Of a DNA stretch of 64,000 nucleotides, positions 34,301 to 47,700 are shown one piece after another. The DNA lies in NCBI GenBank assembly GCA_000388065.2, contig KB932213.1; one strand, 5' to 3'. The stretch's first letter is position 1. Each line of letters opens with the position of its first letter. The translations under genes were made by a program, and so were the position numbers. The notes beneath the pieces are model-generated. The model searched no databases. It worked only from the letters and a program-made list of their open reading frames with translations, and was not told the origin of the DNA. This stretch comes from Fonticula alba ATCC 38817 (lineage: Eukaryota > Protista > Nucleariida).

Positions 34301-37300
34301 TGGACGGCTCGATGCAACTCAAGCAGACGCACATTGCCCGGGCCCTGGCGCTGACATCGCGCTCGGTGGCCGGCGGCCATGCCTCGCTGGCGGCCCTGCG
34401 CGAGGGGGGCAGCGCGCTGCTCCTGGCGCAGGACCCCCCGGGGCGGGAGGCCGGGCCCGGGTCGGCAGCCGGCCCGTCTCCGCTGCCGCTGCCGCCGCCG
34501 CCGCCGCCGCCGGAGAATTTGCTTCCCCTGCTGGAGGCGTGGGCCGAGGCGCAGAACCCGGCCACGTTGTCCGGCTCGCTGCCGTACCTGGGCGAGCTGG
34601 CCGGGGCATGGGCCGTGCCCGAGCGCCGGCTGCCCGCGGCCGAACTCCTGGCCGAGCAGATGTACAATTGCGAAAGCAAGCTCCACGTGCTGGCGGAGGT
34701 GCCACTGCTGGATGCCCTGCTGACGAGCATGCTGCGGGACCGGTCGCCGGAGCTGTTTGCCGCGGCCCTCCGGGCGCTGGTCATGTGCCTGCCGCGGGTG
34801 GTGGCCTTCTCGGAGTGCCGGCTCCCGGCGCTCTTCGGGGTGCTGCTGTGCGCGGCTGACTGGCTCCGGTGCTTGAACCGGGTGCTCTTGCGGTTGGAGT
34901 TGGCCCTGGCCGCCGGGACCGGGCAGGGCGACCTGCCGGGGGCCGGGGCGGCCACCGGGGCCGGGGCGGCCTCGCCGGCCGGCGGCCCGGTCTCCGGGCC
35001 GGTCTCCGGATCGGCCCCCGGCCCCGGGCCCACGCCGGGCCGCGGCCTCCCCCTCAGTCGCTTTGCCACCAAGATGCAGCAGCGCCTGGCGGGTGCGGCG
35101 GCCCCGGCGTCCGGTGTCGGTGGCACCGGCAGCGCTGGCCCCTCCGGCGGGCCGGGCCCCGGGCCGGAGGACGACCGCGCGGCTCCGGGGCTTCCCACGT
35201 CGCCGGGGCTGCCGCCGGGCGAATTGGCCGGGCTCCTGCCGCCGGATCGCTTTGCCCTGGTGGCCTCCTTCCTGTCGGGGCTGCCCCAGCGTGCCGGCGG
35301 GGGCGGCGGCGGTGGCGGTGGCATGGGGCCGTTGCCGGCGCACGCCCGGCAGCCAGCCGCCGTGGCCGTGTGCCGCGGCTACTGGACCCGGCCGTGGGAC
35401 ACCTTCGCCCCGGTGGCACACTTGACCCCGGACATCGTGGTGCCGGTGCTGCCGCTTCCGGAGGCCGGGCCGGACGGGCCACGGGCCGCGGCGGCCCGGG
35501 TGTGGGCCGCCCACCAGCAGGTGTCCCAGCTCCGAGGCCAGATCGACTCGGCCCTCGGGCCCTTCCTCTCGCTGCTGTATACCCTCTGCCCGATGCATGT
35601 GTTTGAGCTGATGCGCGGCCTGGCCGTGTACACGGAGCAGCCGGTGGCCCAGGCCCTGGGCCCGGGCCGGGCACACTCGCGGGCCCAGTCGGCCGACCTG
35701 GCCGGCGGCGGCCTCGATCTGACCGCCACGCCGGATGAGGCCCTGCTGCTGGATGTCGGCCACTCGCCGGAGGATGACCACCTGGTCAAGTATCTGATGG
35801 TGCGCACGCATACACACGCATGCACACACGCACACACAAACATAGGTCGGTGTTCATTTCGCGGAGTGTGCCCACTTCGACTGACACCTTCGAGGATGGC
35901 GTATCTCCTGCTCGGTCCTCTTCCTGTCTTTGTATTTGCCCCTCTCCCCGGCACCCCTGCTCCGCCCCTGCTCCGCCCTCGTGGGTGGCCTGCTGCAGTC
36001 GCACCTGGCCCGGCTCCCCTTGCACCCCCACCTATTCATGGGGTATGTTTCGGTCGGGTCGGTCTGCCAGTACGAGTCGTCGACGGCCCGGCTGTCACGC
36101 ATCGACCCGGATGACCTGGTCCCTCGGTTCTCGGAGGCCAGCCTGGAGCTGGACAGCCAGGCGCCGGAATTGTCGCTGCGCGCGCTGCAACTGCTCCCCC
36201 CGGCCGAGGAGGATGAGGAAGCCCGTGCCGAGGCGGGCACCGCTCCCGGCGGGACACCGGGGCAGTCGCAGCCGCCGCCGCCGCCGTCGCAGCAGCAGCA
36301 GCAGCCGACAGACCTGCCGGCCCAGCCCCCTCCGCCTCGGCTGGCTCTCCTGCGCAGCGAGCTGCTCTTCGAGCGGTCCATGCGCGAACGCCTGACGGCC
36401 CAGCTGCGCCAGGTGCAGAATGACTCGCTGCATCGGACCTCCTCCAGCCTGGCCATCCTGGCCACGACCAAGTCCATTCTCGGGTCGGCGCGATCGGCCA
36501 TGTCGGCCGCGGCGCTGGCCGCGTCGCAGGGGGTCGTCGACCCCGGGGCCGAGGAGTCGGCCGGGGCTGGCAGCGGCGTCGGTGGCGCTGGCGCCGGCGG
36601 CCCGGCCGCCGGGTCCGCCGCGGCCCCCCTGCGAAGTCTGCTCTTCCCGCCGACGGCCGGCGCCGGGCCGCAATTGCTGGCCATCCCGCACGATGCGGCC
36701 TCCTCGTCGCTGGTGTCGGCGCACGAGCGGTCGGAGGCCCTGTTCGAGCAGAACCTGCGCCTGGCTTCGGCCTTGCGGTCGGCCGAGGCGGCCGCCGCGC
36801 AGGCTCGCGCTGACATTTTGTCCGTCCGCCGGACGCGCGAGCTGTGGGAATCGTCGTTGCGCTCGCGGGTGGCGCGCTTCCGAGATGAGGCCCGCCTGTC
36901 GACCGAGCGGGCGGAGGCGGCCGACTCGGCTTGCGCCGCGGCCACCGCGCGCGCCCTCCGCGCCCAGCGCAAGATCGATGCCCTGGAGCGTGCGCTGCTG
37001 GCCGTGCAGGCGAATTTGGCCGGGTCCCCGGGGGCCGGGGATGCGCCCTTCCGCGCTGAGGCCGGGCTGCCGGCCAGCCTGCCCGAGGGTGGCTCGCCGC
37101 CCGAGCCCCCGGCCATGACGGCCGATGCCCCCGACGAGCCCGAGGGCCCGACGGTGGCCGAGCTCCAAAGCCAGCTGCAGGCCCTGCAGCTGCAGCTCCA
37201 GCAGCGGGACATCGAGAATCACACCCTCCAGCAGCAGGCCGCCCAGATGGAGCGGACCATCCGGTATGCCCTCCGGCTGTTCTTCTTTTCCTTTCTTTTT

Positions 37301-38521
37301 TTCCCCTCCCCCCCCTCCCTCTTGGGATCCCCGGTGCCGGCCCACTGACTTGCGTCTTGCTTGCCCATCGTTCGGCGGGGGGGCGCCGGGTGCTTTCCCT
37401 TGCCGGCTCGCAGGCGCCTGGACCGGGACCTTGCCCAGTCGCAGCATGCGGCCGCCTTCGCCGGTGATCAGCTGGCCCGGGCGGCCCTGCAGCATGGCAG
37501 CAGCGAGTCGCTCCTGCGCCAGCAGGTGGACATGTTGGAGGCGCGCTTGCGCTTGCAAGACCGCGCACTACGGTCCTCGCGCGCGGTCAATGTCCAACTC
37601 CGGGAACGCTGCCTCGTCCTGATGGGGCAGAATGACTTCCTGTCGGCGCGGGCCCCCGGGCCGGGCAGCCTGGCCGCGGGCCCGGCATCTCGTGCCCCTG
37701 CGATGGGGGCGGCCCCCTCGGCCGGCCTGGCCGCCGGGCCGTCGGCGCTGGCGGCCCTCGCCATGCCGGACCCCCATGGCCAGGAGTCGGTCCTGATGAT
37801 GCCCTCCAGCTCGCTGATGCCGGAGAGCCACCTGAGTGCGATGCTGGCGTCGCGACCGGCGGCCGGGGCCGGGGCCGCCATCGGCCAAGCCCGGGCGGCT
37901 GGTCCACTCGGGGCCGCCGACGCCACCGCCGCCGGCCGAGGGTCGGACTACATCGACGTGTCGGAGTCCTTCTGGGACCGTCCCTTCGCCCTGGTCAATG
38001 GCGGCGGGCCGGCCGGCCGGGCGGACGCCCGGCCGCCGCTGCCGACCCCGCACGCCGGGCCGGAGGCCCCGCCGCTGGCCTTCAGCCGGCAGGCCCCGCG
38101 CCCGGTGACCATCGCCAGCGGGCGCACCTCCCCGGATGATGACCCGGCCGAGGCGGCCTGGCGCGACCTGCACCAGCTGCCCAGCGATCAGAGCATCGGC
38201 AGCATGGACCCGGGGTCGGCGCTGCTGCGGGCCTTCGGCAGCGCCAGCGCCGGGCCCAGTCCCAGCCCCGGCGACATGCAGCTATTTGCCGGGGCCGGGC
38301 CCGGGCCCGGGGGCAGCCCGGCCGACGGGGGGGCGACCCTGCCCCTGGCCGGCACCACCCCGACCGCCGGGCGCCCGGGCGCGGCCGGCACCGCCGCCGC
38401 CGCCGCCATCGGCCCGCACCAGGTGGCCTTCTCGCCGGCCTCGCCGGCCTTCGTGTCGGAATTCATGGACAGCCCGGCCCGGCCGGCGGCGGGCCGCGGC
38501 GCGGGCCCAAGGAAACGCTGA
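31388..38521 (+). CDS. TSC1: Hamartin / TSC1-like protein with very large low-complexity insertions
   Basis: ALGPFLSLLYTLCPMHVFELMR resembles the TSC1 LFHRLYGMYPCNF motif. SHLARLPLHPHLFMG...ARLSRIDPDDLV resembles HVRIHPELVTG...RWKRLETHDVV. LALLRSELLFERSMRE resembles LLLLHNQLLYERFKR. A long C-terminal coiled coil follows. Comparisons are from memory. Confidence 0.8.
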
Positions 38522-38924
38522 TCCGTTGGCAGTCGCCCGGCATGGCGCCGGTCCCCGGGGCGGCCGCGGCCGGCGCGATCTCGATTGCGCCCGGCGGCGT
38601 CGCCGCGCGTCCCGGGTCTGGCTCCTCATCGCCCCCCGGGGGGGGGCCGCCCCTTCACATACCCTCTGTCTGCTCGCTCGGGCGTCGCCGGCCTGCGTCC
38701 GTCCTCGCCGCCGCTCTGCGGCTCCCCCGCCCAGGGGGGCGGGCGGAACGGCGGCGCCGGTGTGCCAATAGATTTTTCTCGCCCAGTCTTGCCCGAGTGT
38801 TCGCAGTGCTTCCGGCCTGTCCCCCCCCTCTCCCCGCTCTCCCGCATCATCTGCCTTTGCCCGATTCCACGTTGATTGTGCTCCTCGGCCGTCTCTCTGC
38901 CACCTCCCCATTCCGATCGTGGAT

Positions 38925-41900
38925 ATGACTGTCCCCCCGCAGCAGAGCTCGGCACCCGGCCCGAGGTCTGCCGCGGGCCCCCCGCCCGGGTCGTCCCCCT
39001 GCCCCGCGTCCCCGGATGGCGCCACTGGGGCATCGGGCCCGGACCTCTCCCACTGCGAGACCCCCGGCCTGGAGTCCTCCTCCTCGTGCCTGGCCTCGGG
39101 GCATGGCGATCGCAGCCCGGTCCTGGCGCCGGGCCCGGCGGCGGACGCCCACCCGGCGTCCGAGATCCCAGTGGCATCGCAGTCGCCGGGTGCCCTTGGC
39201 AGGACGACGCCGACGCCGACGCCGACGATGACGCCACCGCGCGCGATTGGCGGCCCCACCCGCGCACGCGCTTCCACCCGCCCGGCCAATCAGCCGACTC
39301 TCTTCGACCTGGGCGTCAGCCAGACCCCGGGCCAGCGGCAGCGCGCTCGGCGCTCGGCGCCCCGGTCGCCCCTGACGCCGGTTCCCCCTGCCAGGGACGC
39401 CTCGTCGGCCCCCCCGCCGGCCCTTGCCGAGCCGTCGTCACCCACCAAGCACGAGGCAATGTGCCTGCTCGAGTCACCCACGAAGGGGCACTTGTCGCCA
39501 GCCACCGAGGAGAGCGTCGATGTGCGCTCTCCCTGCGGGGCGGGCGCCTGTCCGGCGGGCCATGGGCCCGGGGCCCCGCCGGCTGGCCGGCCGGACTTCG
39601 CCGCACGCGCCGATCGCCTCTCCTCCGCCACGGATCCCCTGGGGGAGCATCTCTTCCGGTGGGTGTATGGGCACTTTGCGGTGGCCGGCGGGGACGCATG
39701 CAATCCATCCGCCTGCCAGGCCCCCCTGCTGGCCCCGGGGGCCGTGCTGCTGGACCGCTACCGGACGGTCACTGTGCACCGGCCGGCCGACGGTCGGCCG
39801 GTTGCGCGCTTCTTGCGGCCGCTTTCCCTTTTCCGCCTGCCCCTGTCGTCGTTGGACCGCTCGATCCTCTTCTATTTGGTTCGTCACCCGGCCTGTTGCT
39901 CCGGTCGGCTGGTTTCCCGCGCTGTGATTCCACTCGTGCATCTGCGCACATCCGCACGCATATCTGCACATATCTGCTCATACCCGCATATATGTATATA
40001 TGTATATATATATATATACATATCCGCACACTCACATGCAACAAAACACATTCAACACCATACATGGCCGTGGAATGCCGGCCAGTTTGAGCACCAGGCC
40101 CCGCTGGTGTCGGGGCTGCGCGTGGCCCGGCGCTTTGCCCGGCTGCGCACAGTCGACCTGGCCTCCGAGCAGGATCCGGAGCATGAGGCTTTCCCCTCGG
40201 AGGGCGAGCCGGAGGATGGCCACGAAGAGTCGGCCCAAGGCCCGGGGCCGGCGGGCCCCAATCGGGTGTCCATTTGTCCCCTGTCACCGGAGGACTGCCT
40301 GCGCGAGGTGGCCCAGTCCCTGGAGCATTTGACGTCCCTGGGCCTGGTGCGGCGCACCGGCGCCGTGGATGCCGCGGAAACCACGCCGCCGCTCGGGGAG
40401 CAGGTCATCACCCTCGGCCAGGCGGTGGCCCCGGCGGGCGAATGCCCGGTGGACGCCACGCACCTGCCGCCGCCCTCGGTGTGCATCTGCCAGGGGGCCG
40501 ACCTGGCGGCCGCCTCGCCGGCCGACCTGGCCCTGGCCAACCAGCTCGAGGCCAGTGGCCGCCGGCTGAGTGCGCTGCTGGATGGCATGAAGGTGGCCGG
40601 CATTCGCCAGGCCCTGTCGCATTTGGCCTTCCTGCTGGATTTGGGGGCCGTGCGGGCCGGCCGGCGGCCGGAGCTCCTGGCCCTACTGCAGCAGCTGGAT
40701 GCGCGACTTCTTGGGCAGGCCCTGCGCCATCGTGGGGGCTGTCCCTTCCGGGGCTTTTACCTTGCCACCCGGCAGCAGCTGTACCGGTACCTGCTGGCCA
40801 GTGCCCGACGCGAGGCCGAAGCTGGGGCCGGCCCGGGGGCCGGGCCGGCCGTCGCCCTGCTCAGTGGGTCGCTGTATGCGCTGGCCCCGGCCACCGGGGA
40901 GTGCATTCACGCCCTGCTGGCGCTCATGCTGCTGGACGAGCAGTCCATGCTGGCCTCGACCGCGACGACCGGCGGCCCGGCCGGCGCACCCGCCGCCCCG
41001 GCCGACAACCTGGCCTCGACCGAGCGCCGAGACCATGGACAAGACCATGGCGAGGAGGAGGACGGCGCCGGGGCGCTGCCCGAGAGCCCCTGGGCCCGGG
41101 CGCGCTTTGTCCGCTGGGGCCGGCCGGACACCGGGCAGGCGGTCTTCTCGGCCGGTGGCCGGTCCATCGCGCGGGATTTCTACCACGCCCCGGCCGACGC
41201 CGGGCCGATGGTCGGCAACCTGCTCGAGGCACATCCGCTCTGGCTGGCCTCGCTGCCCGAGTGGCCAGTGCGCCCGGTGGATGCGGTGACTTGCCTGCTG
41301 GATCCGCCGCCCGGGGCGGCCTTCCCGGGCCGCGTGCCGGCCTGCCTGCTGCGTGAGCGCCCATGCTGCCGGGGCTGCGCCGGGCCCGGGGCCGCGTGCA
41401 CCGGCCCGGAGGTCGATCGCCTCCTGTGGCAGGGGGCTCTGCACCTGCGGCATATGACCTCGGCCCGGGCACTGGAGCGGCACTTCCGCTCGCTGCGCAG
41501 CGCCTTCGAATTCTCCTCGACCGCGGACCCGGGGACCTACTATGCCGCACGTACGTCCGGCCTGCTGGCCCACTGCCCGGCTCGGATGGATGACTGACAC
41601 TTTTGCCGGTCCGGCTGCCTTGCCTCTTCTTTTTTTTTTTTCCCCCCCCTGGCCCCTTGTGGCCACCATGCATGCGACGTCGCCGGGCTTGGCCGCATGG
41701 GCCCCAGTGGCCGAGGTGTTGGAGCTGGCCCTCGGCCGATTGAATGCCCTGAAGCGCGCGGGCCTCTCGGCCGCCCCGGGCAGCCCGCTGGATGTGGACC
41801 TGGAGCATGGTCTCCCGGCCATTTACCGGCCCCTGTATGAGGCCCAGCCCGGGGCCGGCCTGCATGTGGAGAAGCGCCTGGCCGGCCTGCTGGACAGCGG

Positions 41901-44440
41901 CCCGGACGCCGGGTCGGCGCCTGCCTCCCTGTGGCGGGAGTCCGAGCCATCGCCCGCCGGGGATGCCTCCCTGGCTGCCGGGCACTTTGTGGCCTGCAGC
42001 GACATGGCCCGGTACGGGCATTGCTGTCTGCATGGGGCCGAAGCCCCGATGGGGGATGCCCCGCCTGCCGGCGGTCCCCCGGCGGCGTGGGACTTCGGCG
42101 ACCACAGTGCCGAGACCCCCTGGCGCCCGTCCTTCGAGCTGGACGAGCGCGCGGTCCTGGCGCGACTGGCCTGGCGCGGGGGCCAGCACCTGTGCCGCTG
42201 GGCCGCGGCCGTCGGGGCTTGCAGGGCCCCCGGCCCGGGGGATGCCGCCTCGGCCGCCACCGCCCAACGCATGCACCTTTCCAGGGCCCGGCAACTGGCG
42301 ATGGACCTGCTGACAGCCTTGCTCTGGGGCCGGTCGCATGCACGTCGCCGGGGCCGGGCCTGGGTGGCCTTGGCCAAATTGTCCGGCGCCGCGCATGGCC
42401 GCTACGCGGCGGAACTCTGCCGCCAGGGTACGTGCACACATGCTGGCGAGGCCCGCTGCTGTTGGCTTTTGCTTGTCCCCCTCCTTCGCCCTGCTTTTCC
42501 CCATGCCCCTGCCCCCGGCCGGGGGGGGGGGGGGGGGGGGAGGCCAGGCGCGACTGGCCGCCTGCCCTCGCCCCCGGGCCCCCCTCCCTCGACCGTACCT
42601 CCCCCTCGGTGACCGGCCGTGCNNNNNNNNNNNNNNNNNNNNNNNNNNNNNNNNNNNNNNNNNNNNNNNNNNNNNNNNNNNNNNNNNNNNNNNNNNNNNN
42701 NNNAGTTCGAGCCGGCCAGAAGAGGGGCCAAGGGGGCACAAGGTGACTGGAGTTCGGGGGGGGGGGGGGGGGGGGGGGGGCATGTGTCCTCTTCTCCCGC
42801 TGCCCCGGGCGGTGCCTGACCTTGGCAATCTTGTCGCCTTCGCTGCGGGGGGCGTGGCCGATGCACAGGCCTGCGGGACCCGCTAACCTTGGCCGGGCCC
42901 CGGCGGGCGCTCTTCCACCATCTGTCTCGGCTCTTGCGATCGGGCTGCATCACCATGTGCTCGGCCACCGACACGGATGCCGACATGGAGGCCGACACGC
43001 ACATCGTTAACCAGGCCCTTTTCTATGACCGCATCGAGCTTCGCAAGGGTGCGTCGCTGATGCTGACTCACACCGGGCCTTTTTCTGCCACCCCCTCCTT
43101 CGGTGCAACGGCTGCCGCCGCCGCCGCCGCCCTGCGCTGACCGTCCACCGCACCAGTCATCCACCAGCGCACCGGTCGCCGGCCCATCCCCCTGTGGATT
43201 TCCCCCTCGCATCGCCATGGCACCTCGGTAGAGCAGGCCACACTGGATGTGTATCGCCTGCGCGGAGGGTGGCACGGGTGCCACGCCGAGGCGTCGCCCT
43301 GGCGGACGCTCTTCCTGGTGCTGGCCTACGACTCGGTCCTGGCACCGAGCTGTGATAAAGATGGTGCGGCCGCCCCTCGGCTTTCCTATCCCCCCCCCCC
43401 CCTCTCGCTCGGGGCCAGTGTGGTGCTTGTGCCTGCTGGGCCGGCTCGTGGGTCTGACTTGCCTTTCCTTCTGCCATCTTCCCCATGACCGCCACCTCCC
43501 TGCAGAGGGGGGCGCCTCGGCCTGGCGCCACCCGTACCAAGGCCTGCCGGCGGGCCTTCGTGCTGGCCCGGGCATCTTCTACCACATGCACTTCGCAGCC
43601 ATCGAGGCCCTGGTCGCGGTGCGTTGCCAGTCTTCCCCCCCCCCCTCCCCCCCTTTGGTCCCTCTTTCCTCGCACGATGCCCCTGCCATGCGCACGGGGA
43701 AGGGACCCTGCCACTGACCTCGACCCGTGGCCCAGGCCGTCGAACAGGGCCACGCCTTGCATCTTTTCGACCAGGCGTGTCTCCGTCACCACATCAATGC
43801 CCCCTACCTGGCGCAGAATCTCACCGGCGGGGCTCCCCAAACGGTTGAGGGGCAGCGCTTCGCCAGCGACCGGCACTTCGGCCACTGGCCGGCTGTTCCC
43901 CTGCGCGGCCAAGTGCCGGCCTCGAATCCGCCGGATGCCACCCCCGGGGCGTGGCGCCAACCGCCGGCCCTGCGCGGCCTGGGGGTCGAAACGCTGGCCG
44001 CGGCGCGGACCCTGGCGGCGCTGGCCTCCCCGCGGCTTTTCTGGCCCGCGGACCATTTGCCGGGCGGCCTGGTGCCGCCTGCCGGGGCACGTGCTCCCCC
44101 GGTCAGCGCGGTGGCCGCCGTGCTGGCGGATGCCCTCCGGGCCCAGGCCTTCCACTGGGCCGAGGTGGGGTCCGGCCTGCCGGACTTGATGCTTTGGCGC
44201 CTGCCATTGGATGTGCCCTTCCCGGCGGCGGATGTGGCTCTGCAACCGGGCCAAGCACCGGCTGTGCCCCCGGCGCAGCGGCCCCATCTGCTGTTGGTGG
44301 AGGTCAAGAGCCCCACCGACTCGGTGCAGCCGGCACAGGCGTGGTGGATGGCGCGCATGACGCGGGCCGCGCGCACCGCCTCGCCGGCCCTCGGCGAATT
44401 TGCCACGGGCGTTTGCCATGTGGGCCTCGCGAGCCAGTGA
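38925..44440 (+). CDS. FAN1: Fanconi-associated nuclease 1 (TPR region plus VRR-NUC PD-(D/E)xK nuclease); multi-exon with one small gap
   Basis: Blocks read RRGRAWVALAKL, GLRDPLTLAGPRRALFHHLSRL, CHAEASPWRTLFLVLAYDSV, GSGLPDLMLWR and LLLVEVKSPTDSVQPAQAWWM, with the catalytic D and ExK intact. The first ATG is at 38925; the ORF-track start at 38919 is GTG. Confidence 0.85.
39957..40024 (+). repeat. AT-rich (TA)n/TATG microsatellite in FAN1 intron 1
   Basis: The tract ...GCATATATGTATATATGTATATATATATATATACATATCC sits in an otherwise very GC-rich window. Confidence 0.75.
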
Positions 44441-44772
44441 TGTTCCCCCCCTGGTGGGGAGAGCCGCCCGGGCTGGAAAATGCCCGCCAACAATCCAACC
44501 ACAACCCTGGACCTGTTTTGCCGGGTGCATGCGCTGACAAGCCTCATCGCTGCCCGACCACCGGCCTCGGGGTGGGAGCAGCAGAGAGGCCGGCCAGGGG
44601 AGGGAGGAACAAGGAGGAAGGCCATGGGAAGAGCCACAGCGAGCGGGTAGGTATATTCTGTTGGACACATGCTGACCTCGGCCAGGGGTGAGGAGGAGGG
44701 GGGGGGGGGAGAAGAAGAAGGCAAAGGGGAGAGGGAGGATGTGGCAAAAGAGAAAGGCATGCGTGCACACGC

Positions 44773-47700
44773 TCAGATCCAAGCGGTGGGGATGAGCCCG
44801 GTCCGGCCGGCGGAGTCGCGCACGTAGGTCCAATTCTCGTCGGACATGATCGACGGGTCGGGGCCCATGCCGTCGGGGATGAGGGTGACCACGCTGCCGG
44901 CGGCAACCGACAGCTCGCCGGCCTCGCGAGCCTCGTAGTCGAACTGGACTGTGGCTGGACATGCGCGAGCGCAAGGCCCAGGCCAACAAAGAGGGGGAGA
45001 GAGAGAGAGGGAGGGAGAAGGAGGAGGAGCCGCCGGGAGGAGGGGGGGGGGGGACAGAGGCATGGGGCATGCCAGCCGTTAGTAATGTCAGCGAGGGAGC
45101 GAAGGGCGGGAGGGGGGAGACCCCCGCAGGAGGGAGGAGGGGGAAACACGAGGAAGGAAGGGCCACGGGCGACGTACCGGTCTTGCCGGCGGGCGCCGCG
45201 GCCGCGGCCGAGGACGACGCCGATCGAGAGGACGTCACCGAGGGCGGCCCCGAGGCGGGAGGTGTGAAGTTCATGGACATGGTGGACACCGGGCGCGAGG
45301 AGGACCGGCGGCTGGCCTTCGGCACGCGGACATATGCGCAGGGGAACTGCCCGACCGACCCATCGGCCAGGCGCCCCTCCCACCAGCTCTCGTCGCCGGT
45401 GTCGCGGCTGGTGACGGTGATCATGTCGTACTTGGCGAAGCTCAGCTCCCCGGCCACAGCGGCCGAGTAGGGGTAGATGGCCTGGACAACGTCGCCCTCG
45501 CCACCGGCTCCCACCCCGCTGGAGGAGGTGGACGCCGAGCGCGACACCGCCCCGGAGGAGGGCTGCGTCATCAGTGAAGCCATGGAAGCGGAGCTGCTGC
45601 TGCCGCTGCCGCTGCTGCCGTCGGTGGCACCGACCGGACTCTCCAGCACGCCACCCGACAGGGAAACCGCCTCGACGATGGTCACCGAGAAGTAGCCCTC
45701 CTTGGAAGTGCGGGTGTGACTGCCGGGGGGAGAGAGAGAGAGGGAGGGAGGGGAGGGGGCGGGGGTCAGAATGCCAATCCAAAAGGGCGAGAGACGGAGG
45801 CGGAGGCGGCGACGGTGCCCGTCTCATGGCGAGCGATGAGCCGTATGGGCACAAAGGAGGAAAGAAAAAAAAAAAGAAAGAGCGAGCGAGCGAGCACCGC
45901 GGAGAGGGGAACACGCACAGGCCATACCACCAGTCCGGGTCCGGCCGGCTGATGATTTCAATGACATCCCCCGGGGCCAGGGTCAGCTCCGTGTCATCCT
46001 GCGCCGAGTAGGAGTGGACCGCGCGCACGCGCTGGCACAGGCCCAGCGGATGCCCGGAGAAGTCCAACGAGCCCTGCTGCCCGGACAGGCTGTATGTGGA
46101 GGCCGAGGAGGAGATGCCACCGGCCGAGGGCGAGCCGGCCGGCGCCGGCTCCACATACGAGCGGGGGAAGACCACCGACGGGGTGCCGGGCCCGGCGCCG
46201 GCCGGCAGCACGCGGATCCAGTCGGCATCGGTCGGGTCATCATCCGACGCCACGGTCAGCAGGTCGCCCTCATTGGCGGAGAGTTCGTCGGCCGCGCGCG
46301 CCTCGTACGTGTAGAGAACGCGCACTTGCGGCGGCCGGGCGGAGGCGGCCCCGGGGCCCGGGGCCCCGGCCGGCCGGCCGACCGAGCTGTTCGGCCCGCT
46401 GCCGAAGCCGGTCGGGCCGCCGGACACCGTGATGCCGCTGCCGCCACCGAGGGAGGGGACACCGGCCCCGGCCCCGGCCCCGGCATCGGCCATGGCCCCG
46501 GCATCGGCCACAATGCCAGCCCCATGCAGCAGCTGCAGAGCCGTGCGCCAGGGAGCCGACTCGACCTCCAGCAGGGCCAGCGACAGGGCGGCCTGCTCGG
46601 CCTCGGCGCCGGTTTCCTGGGTGCTGCCGAATTGCGGCGTGGCCCGGTAGGCCGACGCCAGCGACTGCACCGCGTCGAACTCCTTGCGGCGCTTTTCCAG
46701 ATCCACCGTCACACGGCTCAGGTGCCCCTCGACCTCGGCCGCCCGGCGGGACAGGCCCACGCGGCTCAGATCGTCGAAGAACAGCCGCTCCAGGTCGCCG
46801 GAAGTGGACACATCCAGGAGCGTGCCCTCGCCGGTGGCGGCCGCCGAGCCGGGGCCGGAGCTCCCGGCACGCGCTTCGGAATCGGCCTGCGCGAACTCCA
46901 ACCGGCCGAGGGCCACCGCGGCCGGGGACGGGCCGCCGACCGCCCGCTCGACCCCCTCATCGAACCAGGCGCTGACGCTGACCAGGGTGGGGTCGCCGCC
47001 GGCGGCGGTGATGGCCTGCTCGACGGCCGCCGCCGCCGGCATGGCCACCGGGAAGATGGGCACACACTCGCCAAGGAAGAGGTCCCGATCGACCGGGCGG
47101 CTGGCCGCATACTGGGCCGTCTGCAGGAAGCCCTCCATGTAGGAGGTGGTCTCGCGGCAGTTGAGCAGCTGAAGCTCCGCATAGGAGCACAGGTGCTGGG
47201 ACAGCTGCTCGAAGAAGGGCCCGTCGATGGCCTGCATGATCAGCCCCAGGGCATTGGTGTCGAAGACGCTTTGGGCCCGGGCCAGGCCGCGCGTGGCCAG
47301 GACATAGTCATTGCGTGCGGTTTGGGCCTCGGTGCGGGCGGTGCGCTGGCGCCGGCGGCTGGTGTCCAGCCGGCGCTTGACGTCGCCCACGCCGCTGATC
47401 CGCCGGAACATGGCTGCCGCGGCCGAGGTGGACTCCTCGCTGGAGGCATTGGACGCCAGTTCGTCGTTGTACTTCTGCGTCACGCGGCTGGCCGTGCGGA
47501 CGAGGTTCTCGTAGTTGGCCTTGGACTATGGGGGGGGCGGGGGAGGGGGGCGGGGGAGGGGGGCGGGGGAGGGGGCCGATGCGCCGGAAACAGCCGGAGG
47601 GGTTAGACAGCGGAGCCAAAGGGAGGACAATGAACGGCGTCTGGGGGAGGGGAGGCCGGGCCGCACGCTGGACACGTCGCTGCAGAGGTTCTGCAGGGTG

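Noticed and set aside
36048-36075. Possible 28-nt micro-intron (GTATGT...GCCAG) in TSC1
   Set aside because: Removing it would shift the frame and lose the downstream hamartin-like and coiled-coil blocks, whereas the unspliced frame is open and fits.
44160-44360. VRR-NUC nuclease as a sign of a phage or mobile element
   Set aside because: It is the C-terminal domain of an intron-containing FAN1 with its upstream TPR region, an ordinary DNA-repair gene.
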